Assembly: GCA_045617805.1 (NCBI GenBank)
Contig: JAZLJM010000057.1
Location: 20,998-84,997, forward strand
Origin: Pseudobutyrivibrio sp.
GTDB taxonomy: Bacteria > Bacillota > Clostridia > Lachnospirales > Lachnospiraceae
DNA: 64,000 nt
Direction: 5' to 3'
In this document: positions 51,304-62,564 of the stretch, piece after piece
How positions within the stretch are numbered: the stretch's first letter is position 1
How the letters are laid out: the number at the start of each line of letters is the position of its first letter
Notes under the pieces: model-generated
Seen by the model: the letters and a program-made list of their open reading frames with translations, nothing else
The model's database searches: none
What the model was told of the DNA's origin: nothing
Made by a program: the position numbers and the translations under genes

Positions 51304-52182
51304 ATGAGCAATAATATTGACTTTGGTAGAATAACAAAAGATAATAGAGAATTTTTTTACAGACTTGGCATTAAGGAAGTCTTTGATTTATTAGATGGTG
51401 ATAATTTCTATATGATTGCTGCCATGACAAATGGTCTTCCAGCAGGTATTATCGGCTTTCAGGTTTTTCAAAGCTCTGGAACAGCATCAATAAATATCAC
51501 ATGGCTATTCATCGATACGGATTACCGAAAAAAGGGTATCGGTACGGCACTCGTTAACTATGTCAAAGACATCGCTGAACGAATTGAAGGAACGCAATAC
51601 AACTTTGCCATTCCTGACGAATATGCAAGTGAAAATTTAGAAGCATTCTTAAATGCCATCATCAAAAAATGTTCTCAAAGCAACAGACGAGCCTTTAATC
51701 ATACACTCGGAGAACTCAAGCAAAATGTATCCTTTAACTACAATGTTTTAGACACAACAATAATTAATTTTTCAAAGGTGCCAAAATTCCTTTTTTCACA
51801 ATTTACCAAAACCTTGCCTGATGCACTAAAAAATACTATCCCACTAGAATATTTTAACAACGCATCAATGGTTGACCCAAATTTATCAAGCATATACCTT
51901 TTTGGTAATGATTCAATTGGCGCCGCTTTTCTAATTCACACTGATTCTGCTGGGCGTGTAAGACCATTTTTACTAGTTAATAAAATTACAAATATGCCCG
52001 TTTTATTATTCAAAACAATAGTAAAAAGTTTTAAGTATCTTTGTGACAATTTTGACGACGATACCGTAGTTCGATTTATTTGTTCAAATTCAGAGGTAGA
52101 GCATCTATTAAAAAAGCTCTTTCCTAATTTGACTTTAAATGAACATTTTGAAATACAGATGCAACTTAGCAAGGAGGAATAA
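51304..52182 (+). CDS. GNAT-domain protein
   Basis: WLFIDTDYRKKGIGTALV acetyl-CoA motif A in the N-terminal half; C-terminal half unassigned. Confidence 0.7.
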   Translation: MSNNIDFGRITKDNREFFYRLGIKEVFDLLDGDNFYMIAAMTNGLPAGIIGFQVFQSSGTASINITWLFIDTDYRKKGIGTALVNYVKDIAERIEGTQYNFAIPDEYASENLEAFLNAIIKKCSQSNRRAFNHTLGELKQNVSFNYNVLDTTIINFSKVPKFLFSQFTKTLPDALKNTIPLEYFNNASMVDPNLSSIYLFGNDSIGAAFLIHTDSAGRVRPFLLVNKITNMPVLLFKTIVKSFKYLCDNFDDDTVVRFICSNSEVEHLLKKLFPNLTLNEHFEIQMQLSKEE

Positions 52183-52184
52183 CT

Positions 52185-52751
52185 ATGGATAATAATCTAT
52201 TTTTAAACCAACCTCTTCAACAACTTGACAACATGCAGAAATTTGAAGAGCAGCAGGATACACTCACCAAAAATCAGGGATTTAAATCTCCTATTTTAGA
52301 CGAAAAAAAAGATAACCTTGCGATGCAGACTCAGAATTCTGAGATGACACTCAATCAGAAGATTCAACAGGAATTACCTCCTGCTGTCCAAGAATTTGAC
52401 GAGGCCTACAAAAACTCCATAATGGAATCTAATCAGCAGACCCCTGCTAGTACCTTAAATGAATTGAAAAGCAATTTTCCTCAGATGCAAGAAGAAAAAA
52501 ATGAAAATCAAGCACAGGAATTTGAAGAAATAAATCAGGCAATTTCTGAATTAAGAGCTCTTCAAAGTCAAGCATCTGAAAATAATAACGCTGCATTAAT
52601 CAATCAATACAACAATGCAATAAATAAAATAGATGCCTACTTGCAGAATAATAATATTGCAATTTCTCCTGTAGGTAGAGAACGTTTCCAATGGGTTGCA
52701 GATGCAAAAGCAGAGATTGAATCAGAAAAGGAACGTCTTGAGAAAGGATAA
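52185..52751 (+). CDS. Hypothetical Gln/Asn/Glu-rich protein
   Basis: AAGGAGG RBS, 2 bp after the GNAT stop; low-complexity N-terminus and helical C-terminus. Confidence 0.7.
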   Translation: MDNNLFLNQPLQQLDNMQKFEEQQDTLTKNQGFKSPILDEKKDNLAMQTQNSEMTLNQKIQQELPPAVQEFDEAYKNSIMESNQQTPASTLNELKSNFPQMQEEKNENQAQEFEEINQAISELRALQSQASENNNAALINQYNNAINKIDAYLQNNNIAISPVGRERFQWVADAKAEIESEKERLEKG

Positions 52752-52778
52752 ATTACTTTTTGAAAAAAACATCAATCT

Positions 52779-54365
52779 CTATGCAAAATTTTGCTTTCTA
52801 TACTTTACAGGCGTACAGCCTTTTGCTGAAATAAACTTATTCACGAAATAGTCGACGTCCTTATATCCAACGGCTTCGGCTATTTCGTATATTTTCATAT
52901 CCGTTTTTACAAGCAGCTTCGCAGCCTCTTCCATTCGCTTTGTATTCAAATAATCCTTAAACGAACAATTATATTGTTTCTTAAAAAGCTGACCTAAGTA
53001 TGCGCTATTTACATAATACTTTTCACTCAAATCCTTTAAGGTCAGGTTATTTGCGTAATTATTTTTAATTTCATCCTCAATTTGAGCAAGCACGCCCTTT
53101 GATGTATTCTTTCTTAGCTGTGAAAGATAGTTTCCATATTCACAAGCCATTCGAGATAAATGTAGCTTCGAACCTCTATGAATTCCATCCTCAAAGGTTT
53201 TTTCAGAAATCAAACGTAGAATTTCTTCCTGATTTACCTCATTATCAAGCTCTGTTGCCAAATGAATAAGCTGAAAAAGTAGATAATTAATATTTAAATT
53301 TACAATCTCACTATTTAATCCTGTGCTTTGCATCTCAGCATATAAAGCATCCACTCTTTGACGAATAAGAGGATGCTCATTCAATTCAATTGCATCTATA
53401 AGCTCATCTAAACTATTTTTGCAAAGTACGATTCCAGATTCAGAAATCTGATATTCTTCTTCATAGTAATAGATATCCTTTGGCTCTCTAAATCCCTGCA
53501 AAGATCTAAGCATATTTACTGTTCCATAGGATTTTGAAATATTCGTAATACCCTTTACATGTTTTCCAACTAATATTGAAATCGGCAAGTCAGTATTAGT
53601 AACTAAATAATCATACAGATTTTTTAAGTATTCCTTTTCTGTCAACTGTAGATTTTGCGACATATACTCATAAAATACCAGGCCTATATCGTAGATTTTC
53701 TCACTCTCAGAAACATCCAGAATTGCTTTTTTCCAATCTTCCTTCAAAAAATCACAAATACTAGAGTACAGTCTTCGCTGAAAGCCCTTTTTCTCCTCAT
53801 CTGAATAATCTTCTGTAATATCATTTAACTCAAGCTGTATACTTACGTAGCAAAGCTGGCCTTCATCAATTATATATTTATTGTAATAATCGAGATTTTC
53901 ATTGTCATACTTTCCATTTAGAATCGCCATGATATGCTTATCAAGATAAGCCTTTTCCTTTATCATATTGTCTTCATTCTTACTTATCCTGTCTGCATTT
54001 AGCTCAGCAACATGCCTTAATATAGAAAGAAGATTATCCGCTTCAACTGGCTTCAAAATGTAATCCGTGCAATTATATCTAAGAGCCTCCTGTGCATAAG
54101 AAAACTCAGCAAAACCACTTAAAATCACATAATATGGTTCATCAACAAGCTCCATTCGTACTTTTTTTAAAAGCTCAAGACCATTCATAACTGGCATTTT
54201 AATATCAGCAATAATTAACTGGATAGATTCCTTTTGAAGCAAATCAAAGGCTTCCCTTCCATCAGACGCCGTAAATACCTCATATCCTTCACTTTCCCAA
54301 TCAACTAATACCTTTAATCCTTGCAGAATAAATGGTTCATCATCTACTAAAAGTACTTTTAACAT
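52779..54365 (-). CDS. YesN-like response regulator (REC + AraC HTH)
   Basis: LLVDDE, ADIKMPVMNG, YILKP; YLGQLFKK, IAEAVGY..YF...F....G.TP..YR. Confidence 0.92.
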   Translation of the reverse strand: MLKVLLVDDEPFILQGLKVLVDWESEGYEVFTASDGREAFDLLQKESIQLIIADIKMPVMNGLELLKKVRMELVDEPYYVILSGFAEFSYAQEALRYNCTDYILKPVEADNLLSILRHVAELNADRISKNEDNMIKEKAYLDKHIMAILNGKYDNENLDYYNKYIIDEGQLCYVSIQLELNDITEDYSDEEKKGFQRRLYSSICDFLKEDWKKAILDVSESEKIYDIGLVFYEYMSQNLQLTEKEYLKNLYDYLVTNTDLPISILVGKHVKGITNISKSYGTVNMLRSLQGFREPKDIYYYEEEYQISESGIVLCKNSLDELIDAIELNEHPLIRQRVDALYAEMQSTGLNSEIVNLNINYLLFQLIHLATELDNEVNQEEILRLISEKTFEDGIHRGSKLHLSRMACEYGNYLSQLRKNTSKGVLAQIEDEIKNNYANNLTLKDLSEKYYVNSAYLGQLFKKQYNCSFKDYLNTKRMEEAAKLLVKTDMKIYEIAEAVGYKDVDYFVNKFISAKGCTPVKYRKQNFA

Positions 54366-54381
54366 ATATTACCTCATAACT

Positions 54382-55920
54382 CTATAATGGAAGCTTTATG
54401 GTTACAATTGTACCAATTCCTTCCTCGGAATCCACTGAAAACTGAACATCTCCGCTAGTCATCATCTTCAATCTCAGACATGCATTCACAATACCAATAC
54501 GCCCTTTTTCTTTCAGCATATCAATATTGGCATTTTGCATTTTCTGCTGTAATTCTTCAGATTCCTCTTCACTCATACCACTTCCTGTGTCTTCGATTTC
54601 CATTATAAGCTCTTTTTCATTCATAGCAATTCTAACAAAAATCCAACCAGGAGTATTCTTGCTCTCAATCCCATGCACACATGCGTTTTCCACAAAGGTT
54701 ACAATCGAAAGCTTTGGTATCAACAACTCTTCACATTCTTTGTCTACATCTACCTTATAGGATAGACGCTCACCAAATCTGTATTTTTGCAAAACCAGAT
54801 ACGCATCTACAAATTCCAACTCATTGCGTATGGCAATCATATCTTCCTTCCACTCTGTGTACTGACGCTGCAGCTTTGCCAGCTTTTCTACCATCTCGGA
54901 GGTTTCTCGCTCCTGCTTGAGCAAGCTATGCATTCTGATACTCTCTAGTGCATTAAAAAGAAAATGTGGATTTATCTGCGAATGCAATGCCAAAAGTTCT
55001 GCCTTTTGTCTCGCTACAACCATCTCCTGCTCGCGAATTGTATTTGATTTTATCACTGTTACAGTTAAAAGGATATTTAAAACAACCAAAAATCCTATTA
55101 ATATCCACCAGGCATTTAAACCAAAAAGATTATTTTCCTTATCCTGAACCATAATCTCAAGCTCCATACCATATACAGAAATCGGACTGGTATACTCTAT
55201 TCCACTCAAGCTGCTAATTGGCTCAAATTCCTTTCCAACATTTGAATATGCACTATTTGAAAGATAAATTTTCTCTGCATCACAAATATATGCATTCTCC
55301 TGATAATTCATCTTTTTCAGTTTACTTACCAACTGATTGTAATCAAGCTCAATCAAAAGTAAATTATCAGAGTTTTTGTCAAAAAATTTTAGCTTCTGAT
55401 AAAAAAATACTCGTTTACGATTATTTTCATATCCAAAATATAAGCCTCTATTATTTTCAGATAAAATTATGTCACTATACCACTTTGTCCCCACAACCTT
55501 TGAAATCTTCTGGAATTTAGAACCACTTACTATCGTATCATTCGATAAGTAAAAAGTGTATTTAAGTCCATTAGTACCATCAACCAAATCTACTAATGTA
55601 TCATCAAAAAAATCATGGAAGCTTGAATAATATTCCAAATTACTTCCAAATTTTGTATTAATAAAATCATCTACATAGCGACTTGTATATATTCCCTTTG
55701 AAAGCTGGGCAGCATAATCAACCTCACTATAAAAAGAGTAGTGAACAGCATTAGCCACGTTCTCCATTTCATGGAGCGTGGCTTTTCTATCTGACTGAAA
55801 CACTACTGTAATAATTACAAAATCTGTAATCAACAAGGTAACCAAAAGACCTATAATTCCTCTGATTCTCGAGTCTTTACTATTTACTTTTTTATTGAAT
55901 ATGGAAATTTTACTTAACAA
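54382..55920 (-). CDS. YesM/LytS-like sensor histidine kinase
   Basis: SQINPHFLFNALE, PKL, VENACVHG, IEDTGSG, IGIVN, SEEGIGT; TTG start. Confidence 0.88.
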   Translation of the reverse strand: MLSKISIFNKKVNSKDSRIRGIIGLLVTLLITDFVIITVVFQSDRKATLHEMENVANAVHYSFYSEVDYAAQLSKGIYTSRYVDDFINTKFGSNLEYYSSFHDFFDDTLVDLVDGTNGLKYTFYLSNDTIVSGSKFQKISKVVGTKWYSDIILSENNRGLYFGYENNRKRVFFYQKLKFFDKNSDNLLLIELDYNQLVSKLKKMNYQENAYICDAEKIYLSNSAYSNVGKEFEPISSLSGIEYTSPISVYGMELEIMVQDKENNLFGLNAWWILIGFLVVLNILLTVTVIKSNTIREQEMVVARQKAELLALHSQINPHFLFNALESIRMHSLLKQERETSEMVEKLAKLQRQYTEWKEDMIAIRNELEFVDAYLVLQKYRFGERLSYKVDVDKECEELLIPKLSIVTFVENACVHGIESKNTPGWIFVRIAMNEKELIMEIEDTGSGMSEEESEELQQKMQNANIDMLKEKGRIGIVNACLRLKMMTSGDVQFSVDSEEGIGTIVTIKLPL

Positions 55921-55942
55921 TCCTTCTCTCCAAAGAATTTTC

Positions 55943-57502
55943 TTAATTCCATTCTACCATATTAAACCATGCAAAATCGCAATATGATTCACTCTTTTTT
56001 CCATTAGAAGAAGTATACATTCCAATAGTGCATCCTACAAATCCACCTGCTTCTTCAGTAGTATATGGTAGAAGTGAAATATTATCCTTTACTAACTTAT
56101 ATTCACCATTTACTTCTATATATATAGAAGCAACCTGACTTTTTGCACGTAGCTCAATATTTAATAATCCTTCAGGAATCTCTTCACATTCTGTAACAAA
56201 TGCATTTTGTCCTTTGATATATTCGCGAATAACAAGTATTTTCTTGCCAGATTTCTGAGTAATCTCAACAGCAAGATGATTCTCATGATTCTGGAAAAGA
56301 ACTATTCCGCCGGCTTCATTATCAGATTTTGGCTCAAAATCAACACCTGAATTTACTCTAAATCCATAATCCTTTTGACGAAGTCCAAGATATGATGGAT
56401 AACACATATCCTCTATTCGCTCTTTGCGTGTATAAAGTCTCAAAAAACCCTTTCTTTCTGTCAAAGAATAGATATCTGTATTTCTCTTACTTATACCAAC
56501 AAATCTATCATCAAGCTTATCTGTATTAAAATTCATCTCATCATGAGACTGCACTTCTTTTGCAAAGCGTACTTCCTCAAATGGAAGCTCTACTGTATCT
56601 GTAAGCTTTGCTTCGCCACGATTAATTACAGGCCAGCCGTCTTCCCACTCTACCTTTGCAAGGAATGTCTCTCGTCCAAGACTACAATGCTTCTTACAAG
56701 GACGCGAAGCAAGCATAACCATGTACCAATTACCATCTTTATCATCAACTAAATCGCCGTGACCCGCATAAATAATAGGATAATCTTTTCCAAAATTTCT
56801 ATGAGTAAAAATTGGATTTCTAGGGCAGCCCTCAAACCATTTAAAAAGCTCCTTACTTCTTGCTACAGAAATTGCATGCTCTGGGCCTGTGCCACCTTCT
56901 GCATGTAAAAGATAGTAATATCCGTCAATCTTGTACATATGTGGACCTTCAGGCCAGATTACATCTTTAACTGCACCCTTCCAGATTGCCATACCCTCTC
57001 CTACAAGCTTCATTGTAGAAAGGTTAAGCTCGCGAACCCAAATCTCCCAGTCACCATTGTATCTGACACCTTCTGGATTTGGTCTTGAACCTACCAGATA
57101 ACATTTTCCATCATCATCAAAGAAAATATCTGGATCAAATCCAGGAGCCTCATCCTCTCCCAGATAATATGGCTCACTCCAAGGTCCCTCAGGCTTCTTA
57201 GAAGTAACTAGAAAAATACCGCCATTATCGATATTTGTAGTAATCATATAAAAGACTCCCTCATGATATCTAATTGTTGGCGCAAAAATACCACGAGAAA
57301 TTTCTCCAAAAACTGCATTCTGTGTCTCTGTCTCAAGTACATGACCTACCTGCTCAAAATGCGCTAGGTCCTTACTATGAAAAATTGGAACACCTGGTGC
57401 ATAAACAAACGACGAATTTACAATATAATAATCATCACCCGCTCTACAAATTGATGGGTCAGGATAAAAACCTTTTAAAATTGGATTTTTTGCTATAACC
57501 AT
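55943..57502 (-). CDS. GH43 beta-xylosidase/alpha-L-arabinofuranosidase with a C-terminal beta-sandwich
   Basis: NPILKGFYPDPSICR, APTIRYH, FDPD, PEGPH, GHGD, GRET, GGFVGC. Confidence 0.9.
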   Translation of the reverse strand: MVIAKNPILKGFYPDPSICRAGDDYYIVNSSFVYAPGVPIFHSKDLAHFEQVGHVLETETQNAVFGEISRGIFAPTIRYHEGVFYMITTNIDNGGIFLVTSKKPEGPWSEPYYLGEDEAPGFDPDIFFDDDGKCYLVGSRPNPEGVRYNGDWEIWVRELNLSTMKLVGEGMAIWKGAVKDVIWPEGPHMYKIDGYYYLLHAEGGTGPEHAISVARSKELFKWFEGCPRNPIFTHRNFGKDYPIIYAGHGDLVDDKDGNWYMVMLASRPCKKHCSLGRETFLAKVEWEDGWPVINRGEAKLTDTVELPFEEVRFAKEVQSHDEMNFNTDKLDDRFVGISKRNTDIYSLTERKGFLRLYTRKERIEDMCYPSYLGLRQKDYGFRVNSGVDFEPKSDNEAGGIVLFQNHENHLAVEITQKSGKKILVIREYIKGQNAFVTECEEIPEGLLNIELRAKSQVASIYIEVNGEYKLVKDNISLLPYTTEEAGGFVGCTIGMYTSSNGKKSESYCDFAWFNMVEWN

Positions 57503-57511
57503 AATCTACCT

Positions 57512-59221
57512 CTATTCTACAATTCCAAATCCTAATATAGTAAACTTCTTTTTCAATTCTTCTGAAGAAAGACGAAGCTCGAAGGTATGCTCCTTCGCTT
57601 CATTTTCATCAATTACAATCATCGCATTACAATGAAGCCATCTGTTTATATATGGATCCGCCTGCTTTACAAATTTATTATCAACATACACATCACCAAC
57701 TGCTGCATCTATTTCACCTGAATCCTTAAAGCAAAGTACAAGCCTTTTACACTTTAAAGTCAGCTTAAATGGTTCAAAACCAGACTGCTCCTTTGTACCA
57801 TCATACATCCAGTTATATGGAAACTCTGGTGTTATCTCTATACTATCATCCATCTCCACACACTGAAGCACATCATCTGTAGCTGTAAACGAACCCTCAG
57901 AAATCTCACATTTTCCATAGGTTGCCTTTTTATCCATAAAAATTATGTCATCAAAGCTTGCACCAATTGCAGGCTTGCCAACAAAATCAGGCTCATAGGC
58001 ACTGGCAATAGGCTCCATCATTATCTTTTTGATACAGCTTAATACACAATCCGCCATTATTGAATGACCTAAATTTGTAGGATGGAATGTATCATAAAAA
58101 TACTGATTTTTTGTAAGAATTCTGTTTTCCTTGTCATAAAACTGCGGGGTTACGGCATTTTTTACGCTAACCATAGGAAGCTCATATCTTTTTCCTACTG
58201 GAATAAGTCTTTCCTGCAAATTATAATCATCTGCAAAAACAGAAAAAAGCAAAATTACTGCTGGATTATTTGGCAGCTTTAAAATTTTACGAACCAAGCT
58301 CTCATAGCAGTCACCCTCAGTCTCATCGTCCTCGTCATTTACAGCGAATTCTACAACCACTATATCTGGCTGTTCCATCCCGTCTCTTAAAACATCCCTG
58401 TCAAATCTAAGCATTCCAAGCTCTGAAGGAGTTCCGCCAACACCTGCTTTTACAAAATTTACTTTTTGACCTAAAATTTCCTCTAAACCTTTGTATGACT
58501 TATAAGAATAGCACTCTGTGTTAATAGGAATTGCCCCTGCACCCTGTGTAATGGAACCTCCAATAAAAGCAAAGGTTAATCTCTCCCCAGCAAGTGCTCT
58601 ATTTATTTTTTCTTTGATTCTTCTATTATTACCTGTTGAAATAAGTGATTTTTCAATCATCTCCTTATATTTTAAGGATGCAAAATCTATCTCGACATCT
58701 TCATCCTGCTCAGGCGCATCAAAACCTTCATTTAAATACAATCTTACACTCAATACACCTGTAAAATCTGCTTTTTTTGAACAAACCTTTATCTGACCAG
58801 GAACATTATCATCCTCTGTCCACTCAATATCTTTTAGATAAATTCTCTTTTCACTGCCATCACCCTTAAGCGTTGAAACAAGATTTGAACCACCGCCGTA
58901 TTGGTCAACCTTTCCATACATCTGAAAAATAAATTCAACCTCATCATCTTTTTCATCAAGCTCAACCGATACTCCAACAGAATGTACCACCTGCTTAAAG
59001 CCAGCTACTGTAGAAAGCAAATTCAATATCTCTTTGTCCTCTACACCGCCAGTTACATTTGCGCTGCTTTCCAGTCTTCCATCACTCTGATATAAAAACT
59101 GTATTCCGCTTCCGTCATCCTGCTTTGAAAAATAGATATCCTTATCCCTCATAATATAAAAATAAGAACGCTTCTGCTCTGGATCTGTTGGTGCCTTTGG
59201 CCCTTTAACACTATTTCCCAT
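57512..59221 (-). CDS. SGNH/GDSL esterase (probable acetyl xylan esterase)
   Basis: GGSITQG, AGVGGT, EFAVND, DTFHP. Confidence 0.8.
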   Translation of the reverse strand: MGNSVKGPKAPTDPEQKRSYFYIMRDKDIYFSKQDDGSGIQFLYQSDGRLESSANVTGGVEDKEILNLLSTVAGFKQVVHSVGVSVELDEKDDEVEFIFQMYGKVDQYGGGSNLVSTLKGDGSEKRIYLKDIEWTEDDNVPGQIKVCSKKADFTGVLSVRLYLNEGFDAPEQDEDVEIDFASLKYKEMIEKSLISTGNNRRIKEKINRALAGERLTFAFIGGSITQGAGAIPINTECYSYKSYKGLEEILGQKVNFVKAGVGGTPSELGMLRFDRDVLRDGMEQPDIVVVEFAVNDEDDETEGDCYESLVRKILKLPNNPAVILLFSVFADDYNLQERLIPVGKRYELPMVSVKNAVTPQFYDKENRILTKNQYFYDTFHPTNLGHSIMADCVLSCIKKIMMEPIASAYEPDFVGKPAIGASFDDIIFMDKKATYGKCEISEGSFTATDDVLQCVEMDDSIEITPEFPYNWMYDGTKEQSGFEPFKLTLKCKRLVLCFKDSGEIDAAVGDVYVDNKFVKQADPYINRWLHCNAMIVIDENEAKEHTFELRLSSEELKKKFTILGFGIVE

Positions 59222-59366
59222 ACCTTCTACTATAATCCATACTTAAAATTTCTGAATTATTTTCCCTTTCATATAACATTACAAATTCTATTCCTGATTT
59301 TATTTTAACGTATCAAAATTAGTTTCATTTCATAGGAAATCTTTTGATTATTTTAGTTCCATTTTT

Positions 59367-60263
59367 TTACATATTTCTTTCCCATATCGGAACCTTAGGT
59401 ACATCAAGAGGCATATATTTTTTCAACCACTTCTTACAAAGAAGAATCCAGCCTGCTGCATCATCATCAATATTTCCTGGAAAACCAGCACTAGCCATAT
59501 CACAAAGCGCCATACCATGATCGCCATCCTGAAAAATATGAAGCTCAAAAGGAATCTTCTTTTCTGCCAAGGCTGTCGCATAAATACTTGAATGCTGACA
59601 TGGAACCATATTGTCATTTGCTGTCGTCCAAATAAAGGTTGGCGGCGTACTCTTGGTTACAAGTCGAGCTGGGCTTACCTTTGTAAGTGTTTCTTCATTA
59701 TCCCAGTCCTTACCTAGAAAATAACCATTTGATTCCTCGAAATATTCTAAATCCTTTGCACTTTTTTTAACCATTTCATTCATATATACATAATCTGTGA
59801 GCGGATATCCCAAAATACATGCTTTTGGCTTTAATACTATGTCATCTCTATTTATATATGAAACGATTATATCCTTATCATAGTAATTACTATACATCGC
59901 CACATTGTGTCCACCTGCTGAAAATCCACAAAGTGCAATATTTTCAACATCTACAAGCCATTCTTTCGCTCTATCATTTATAAATTCCATTGCTTTTGCA
60001 ATATCCCTCATTGGTTGTGGAAAAAGCGCTTTTTCTCTAAGAGAATAACGAAGAACAAAAGTATTGTAACCCATCGCAGCAAAAGCAAGTGCTACGGGCT
60101 CACCCTCTCTATCTCCACACCACTTATATGCTCCACCAGGACAAATCAATACAGCAGGACGTTTTTTGCCATCTAAAAGCTCTACAGAATCTTCCCAAAC
60201 ATATGCAGTAAGGGTCACATCTTCTCTATCATTAAATATCAAAAAATGTTCACAATTTAACAC
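59367..60263 (-). CDS. Alpha/beta hydrolase (BD-FAE-like esterase)
   Basis: CPGGAY, GFSAGG nucleophile elbow, PPTFIW, D.MVP, HG; GTG start after AGGAG. Confidence 0.85.
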   Translation of the reverse strand: MLNCEHFLIFNDREDVTLTAYVWEDSVELLDGKKRPAVLICPGGAYKWCGDREGEPVALAFAAMGYNTFVLRYSLREKALFPQPMRDIAKAMEFINDRAKEWLVDVENIALCGFSAGGHNVAMYSNYYDKDIIVSYINRDDIVLKPKACILGYPLTDYVYMNEMVKKSAKDLEYFEESNGYFLGKDWDNEETLTKVSPARLVTKSTPPTFIWTTANDNMVPCQHSSIYATALAEKKIPFELHIFQDGDHGMALCDMASAGFPGNIDDDAAGWILLCKKWLKKYMPLDVPKVPIWERNM

Positions 60264-60560
60264 AAAATTCCTCTCCTTTTTTCACAATTTTTTGATTAAC
60301 TATATTATGTATACGAATTCACAATCCTATTATTATTACTCAATCGTGTTTTCGCAATAATTACTAAGGCTTTCCTATAATTTACAGTGTATTTGACTAT
60401 ATTTTTTCGATAAAAATTACGCGTTTTTACAAAATCTACAAAAATCTTCTAAAAATTTAAAAATTATTGAACATTTTAATAAATTTTTAACACTAAAATA
60501 ACTTTTTTAAGTTATAATAATTTTATATTTTTGAATTACTTTTTAAAATGGAGGTTAACT

Positions 60561-62552
60561 ATGAAGAATTCGCAAAAAAGAAAAAGTGGTTCTATCAAAA
60601 CGAAACTTTTAGGTACCATTATTCCCGTGGTAACAGTGGTTGTAGTTGCACTCATTGTGATTGCCTACACAATTTCCAAGGGAATAATAAAAGATTCGGC
60701 CACAAATCAATTGGTACTCTCAGTTCGTAACCAAAAATCACAGATTGATGAATGGATTACAAACGACCTTTGCTCATTTGAAGCAATCAAACACTTGATA
60801 GAAGGTTCAAATCTTGATGATGAGACACTTCAAGCGTACTTAGACCAGTATTATGGATACAATAACGATTATCCAGAGGGTCTATATGTTGGTTCAACAA
60901 ATGGACAGATGATTAAGCCATCTCAGTCAACACAGAAAGCTTCAGGATTTTCTGATGATGTTTGGTTTAAAGAAGGTCTTACACGTATTAACATGCAGTT
61001 CGGTACACCTTATAAGAACGATGCTGGTGAGGATTGCATCTCAGCTTCAGGTATCCTGATGGATGGAAGCGAAGACATGCGTGTTATCAGTGCCAATGTA
61101 TCTCTTGCACATGTCAGCTTAATTGTAAACTCAAAGGTTGATATGGATAGTGCTGAATCAATCCTTGTTGATAAAATGACAGGTACAATCCTTGCATCAC
61201 GTGACAATACAAAGGTATTTACAAAGCTTGATCCTTCTGATTCAAATAAGCTTTACGCTTCAATGGCTCAGAAAGTCAACGATAATGATATGACACCTTA
61301 TGAAGTAAGCGACCACCTCGTAGTTTTCGAAGAAATTCCAAATACTACATGGCTCCTTATTTCAGATGTTCCAACAGCTACAATTTACAAGGATTTAGCT
61401 ACACTTCGTACAATCATGATTATTGTAGGTATCATCGCAGTACTTGCTCTTGCATTACTTGTTGAAAGAATGACACACTTTGTTGTTAAGCCTATCAAGG
61501 CTCTTACATCTGACATTATCCAGATGGCAAACGGTGACTTTACTATCTCTATTGAAACAAAGGGAAATGATGAAATCGCCGCAATGGGTCAAAGCGTTCA
61601 GGAATTCATCACTTCAATGCGAAGTATGATTTCCGATATCGACAATATTTCAAACACCTTGGGCGATCAAGCCGCCGGAAGCTCGGAAGTATCGAAGGAA
61701 ATGTACAATGCTTCCGTAGTTCAGGCAGATTCAATGGTTCAGCTTAACCAGACCGTTGAAAACCTTTCAATATCAGTTAACGAAATTGCAAACAGTGCTA
61801 CTACTCTTGCTCAAGTCGTTGCCGATACGAAGGAAGATAGTAATTCTGTAAAGCAGAAGATGAAAGATACAATTGTTGTTTCTGAACAAGGTCAAAAGGA
61901 TATGGAGAAGATTAGCTCTGCAATGACCGAAATCAGTAACTCAATCGCACAGCTTGTAGATGCCGTAAACAACGTAGGTAAGGCATCTGATGAAATTACA
62001 TCAATCGTTTCAGTAATCGGTGAAATTGCTGATGAAACATCACTCCTTTCACTCAATGCTTCAATTGAAGCCGCTCGAGCTGGTGAAGCTGGTAAGGGAT
62101 TCGCCGTTGTTGCTACTGAAATTTCAAAGCTTGCTAATACTTCTGCTGATTCAGTTGAATCAATCGGAAAACTTATTGCCGACGTAAACCGTTTGGTTAA
62201 AGATACTATTAATAAATCAAAGGAAAGTACAGAAGAAATCCAGCAGAGTAGCGAACTCGTTATTCAGGCAATCAGTACTTTCAATGAAATCTTCCAGAAC
62301 ATTGAAGATACAAACGTATATATCAATAGCATGATTGAAAAAATTGAGAAGGTTGATGCTGTTGCTACAGACGCCGCCGCTATTTCAGAAGAGCAGGCTG
62401 CTAGTACAGAAGAAATCTCCAACACGGCTGGTAACATGGTTACACACGCAAACAATATATCTAAAAACTCTGAAACTGTATCAGATGATGCTAAATCACT
62501 CGCATCTACTGCTCATACACTCGAAGAGCAAATTAAGGTATTTAAATTCTAA
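60561..62552 (+). CDS. Methyl-accepting chemotaxis protein (Cache-type sensor, HAMP)
   Basis: Two TMs, WF..G, PY..., HAMP GNDEIA, and [24 protein letters not shown]; start moved to 60561 after GGAGG. Confidence 0.92.
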   Translation: MKNSQKRKSGSIKTKLLGTIIPVVTVVVVALIVIAYTISKGIIKDSATNQLVLSVRNQKSQIDEWITNDLCSFEAIKHLIEGSNLDDETLQAYLDQYYGYNNDYPEGLYVGSTNGQMIKPSQSTQKASGFSDDVWFKEGLTRINMQFGTPYKNDAGEDCISASGILMDGSEDMRVISANVSLAHVSLIVNSKVDMDSAESILVDKMTGTILASRDNTKVFTKLDPSDSNKLYASMAQKVNDNDMTPYEVSDHLVVFEEIPNTTWLLISDVPTATIYKDLATLRTIMIIVGIIAVLALALLVERMTHFVVKPIKALTSDIIQMANGDFTISIETKGNDEIAAMGQSVQEFITSMRSMISDIDNISNTLGDQAAGSSEVSKEMYNASVVQADSMVQLNQTVENLSISVNEIANSATTLAQVVADTKEDSNSVKQKMKDTIVVSEQGQKDMEKISSAMTEISNSIAQLVDAVNNVGKASDEITSIVSVIGEIADETSLLSLNASIEAARAGEAGKGFAVVATEISKLANTSADSVESIGKLIADVNRLVKDTINKSKESTEEIQQSSELVIQAISTFNEIFQNIEDTNVYINSMIEKIEKVDAVATDAAAISEEQAASTEEISNTAGNMVTHANNISKNSETVSDDAKSLASTAHTLEEQIKVFKF

Positions 62553-62564
62553 GGAGGTTTTGAT

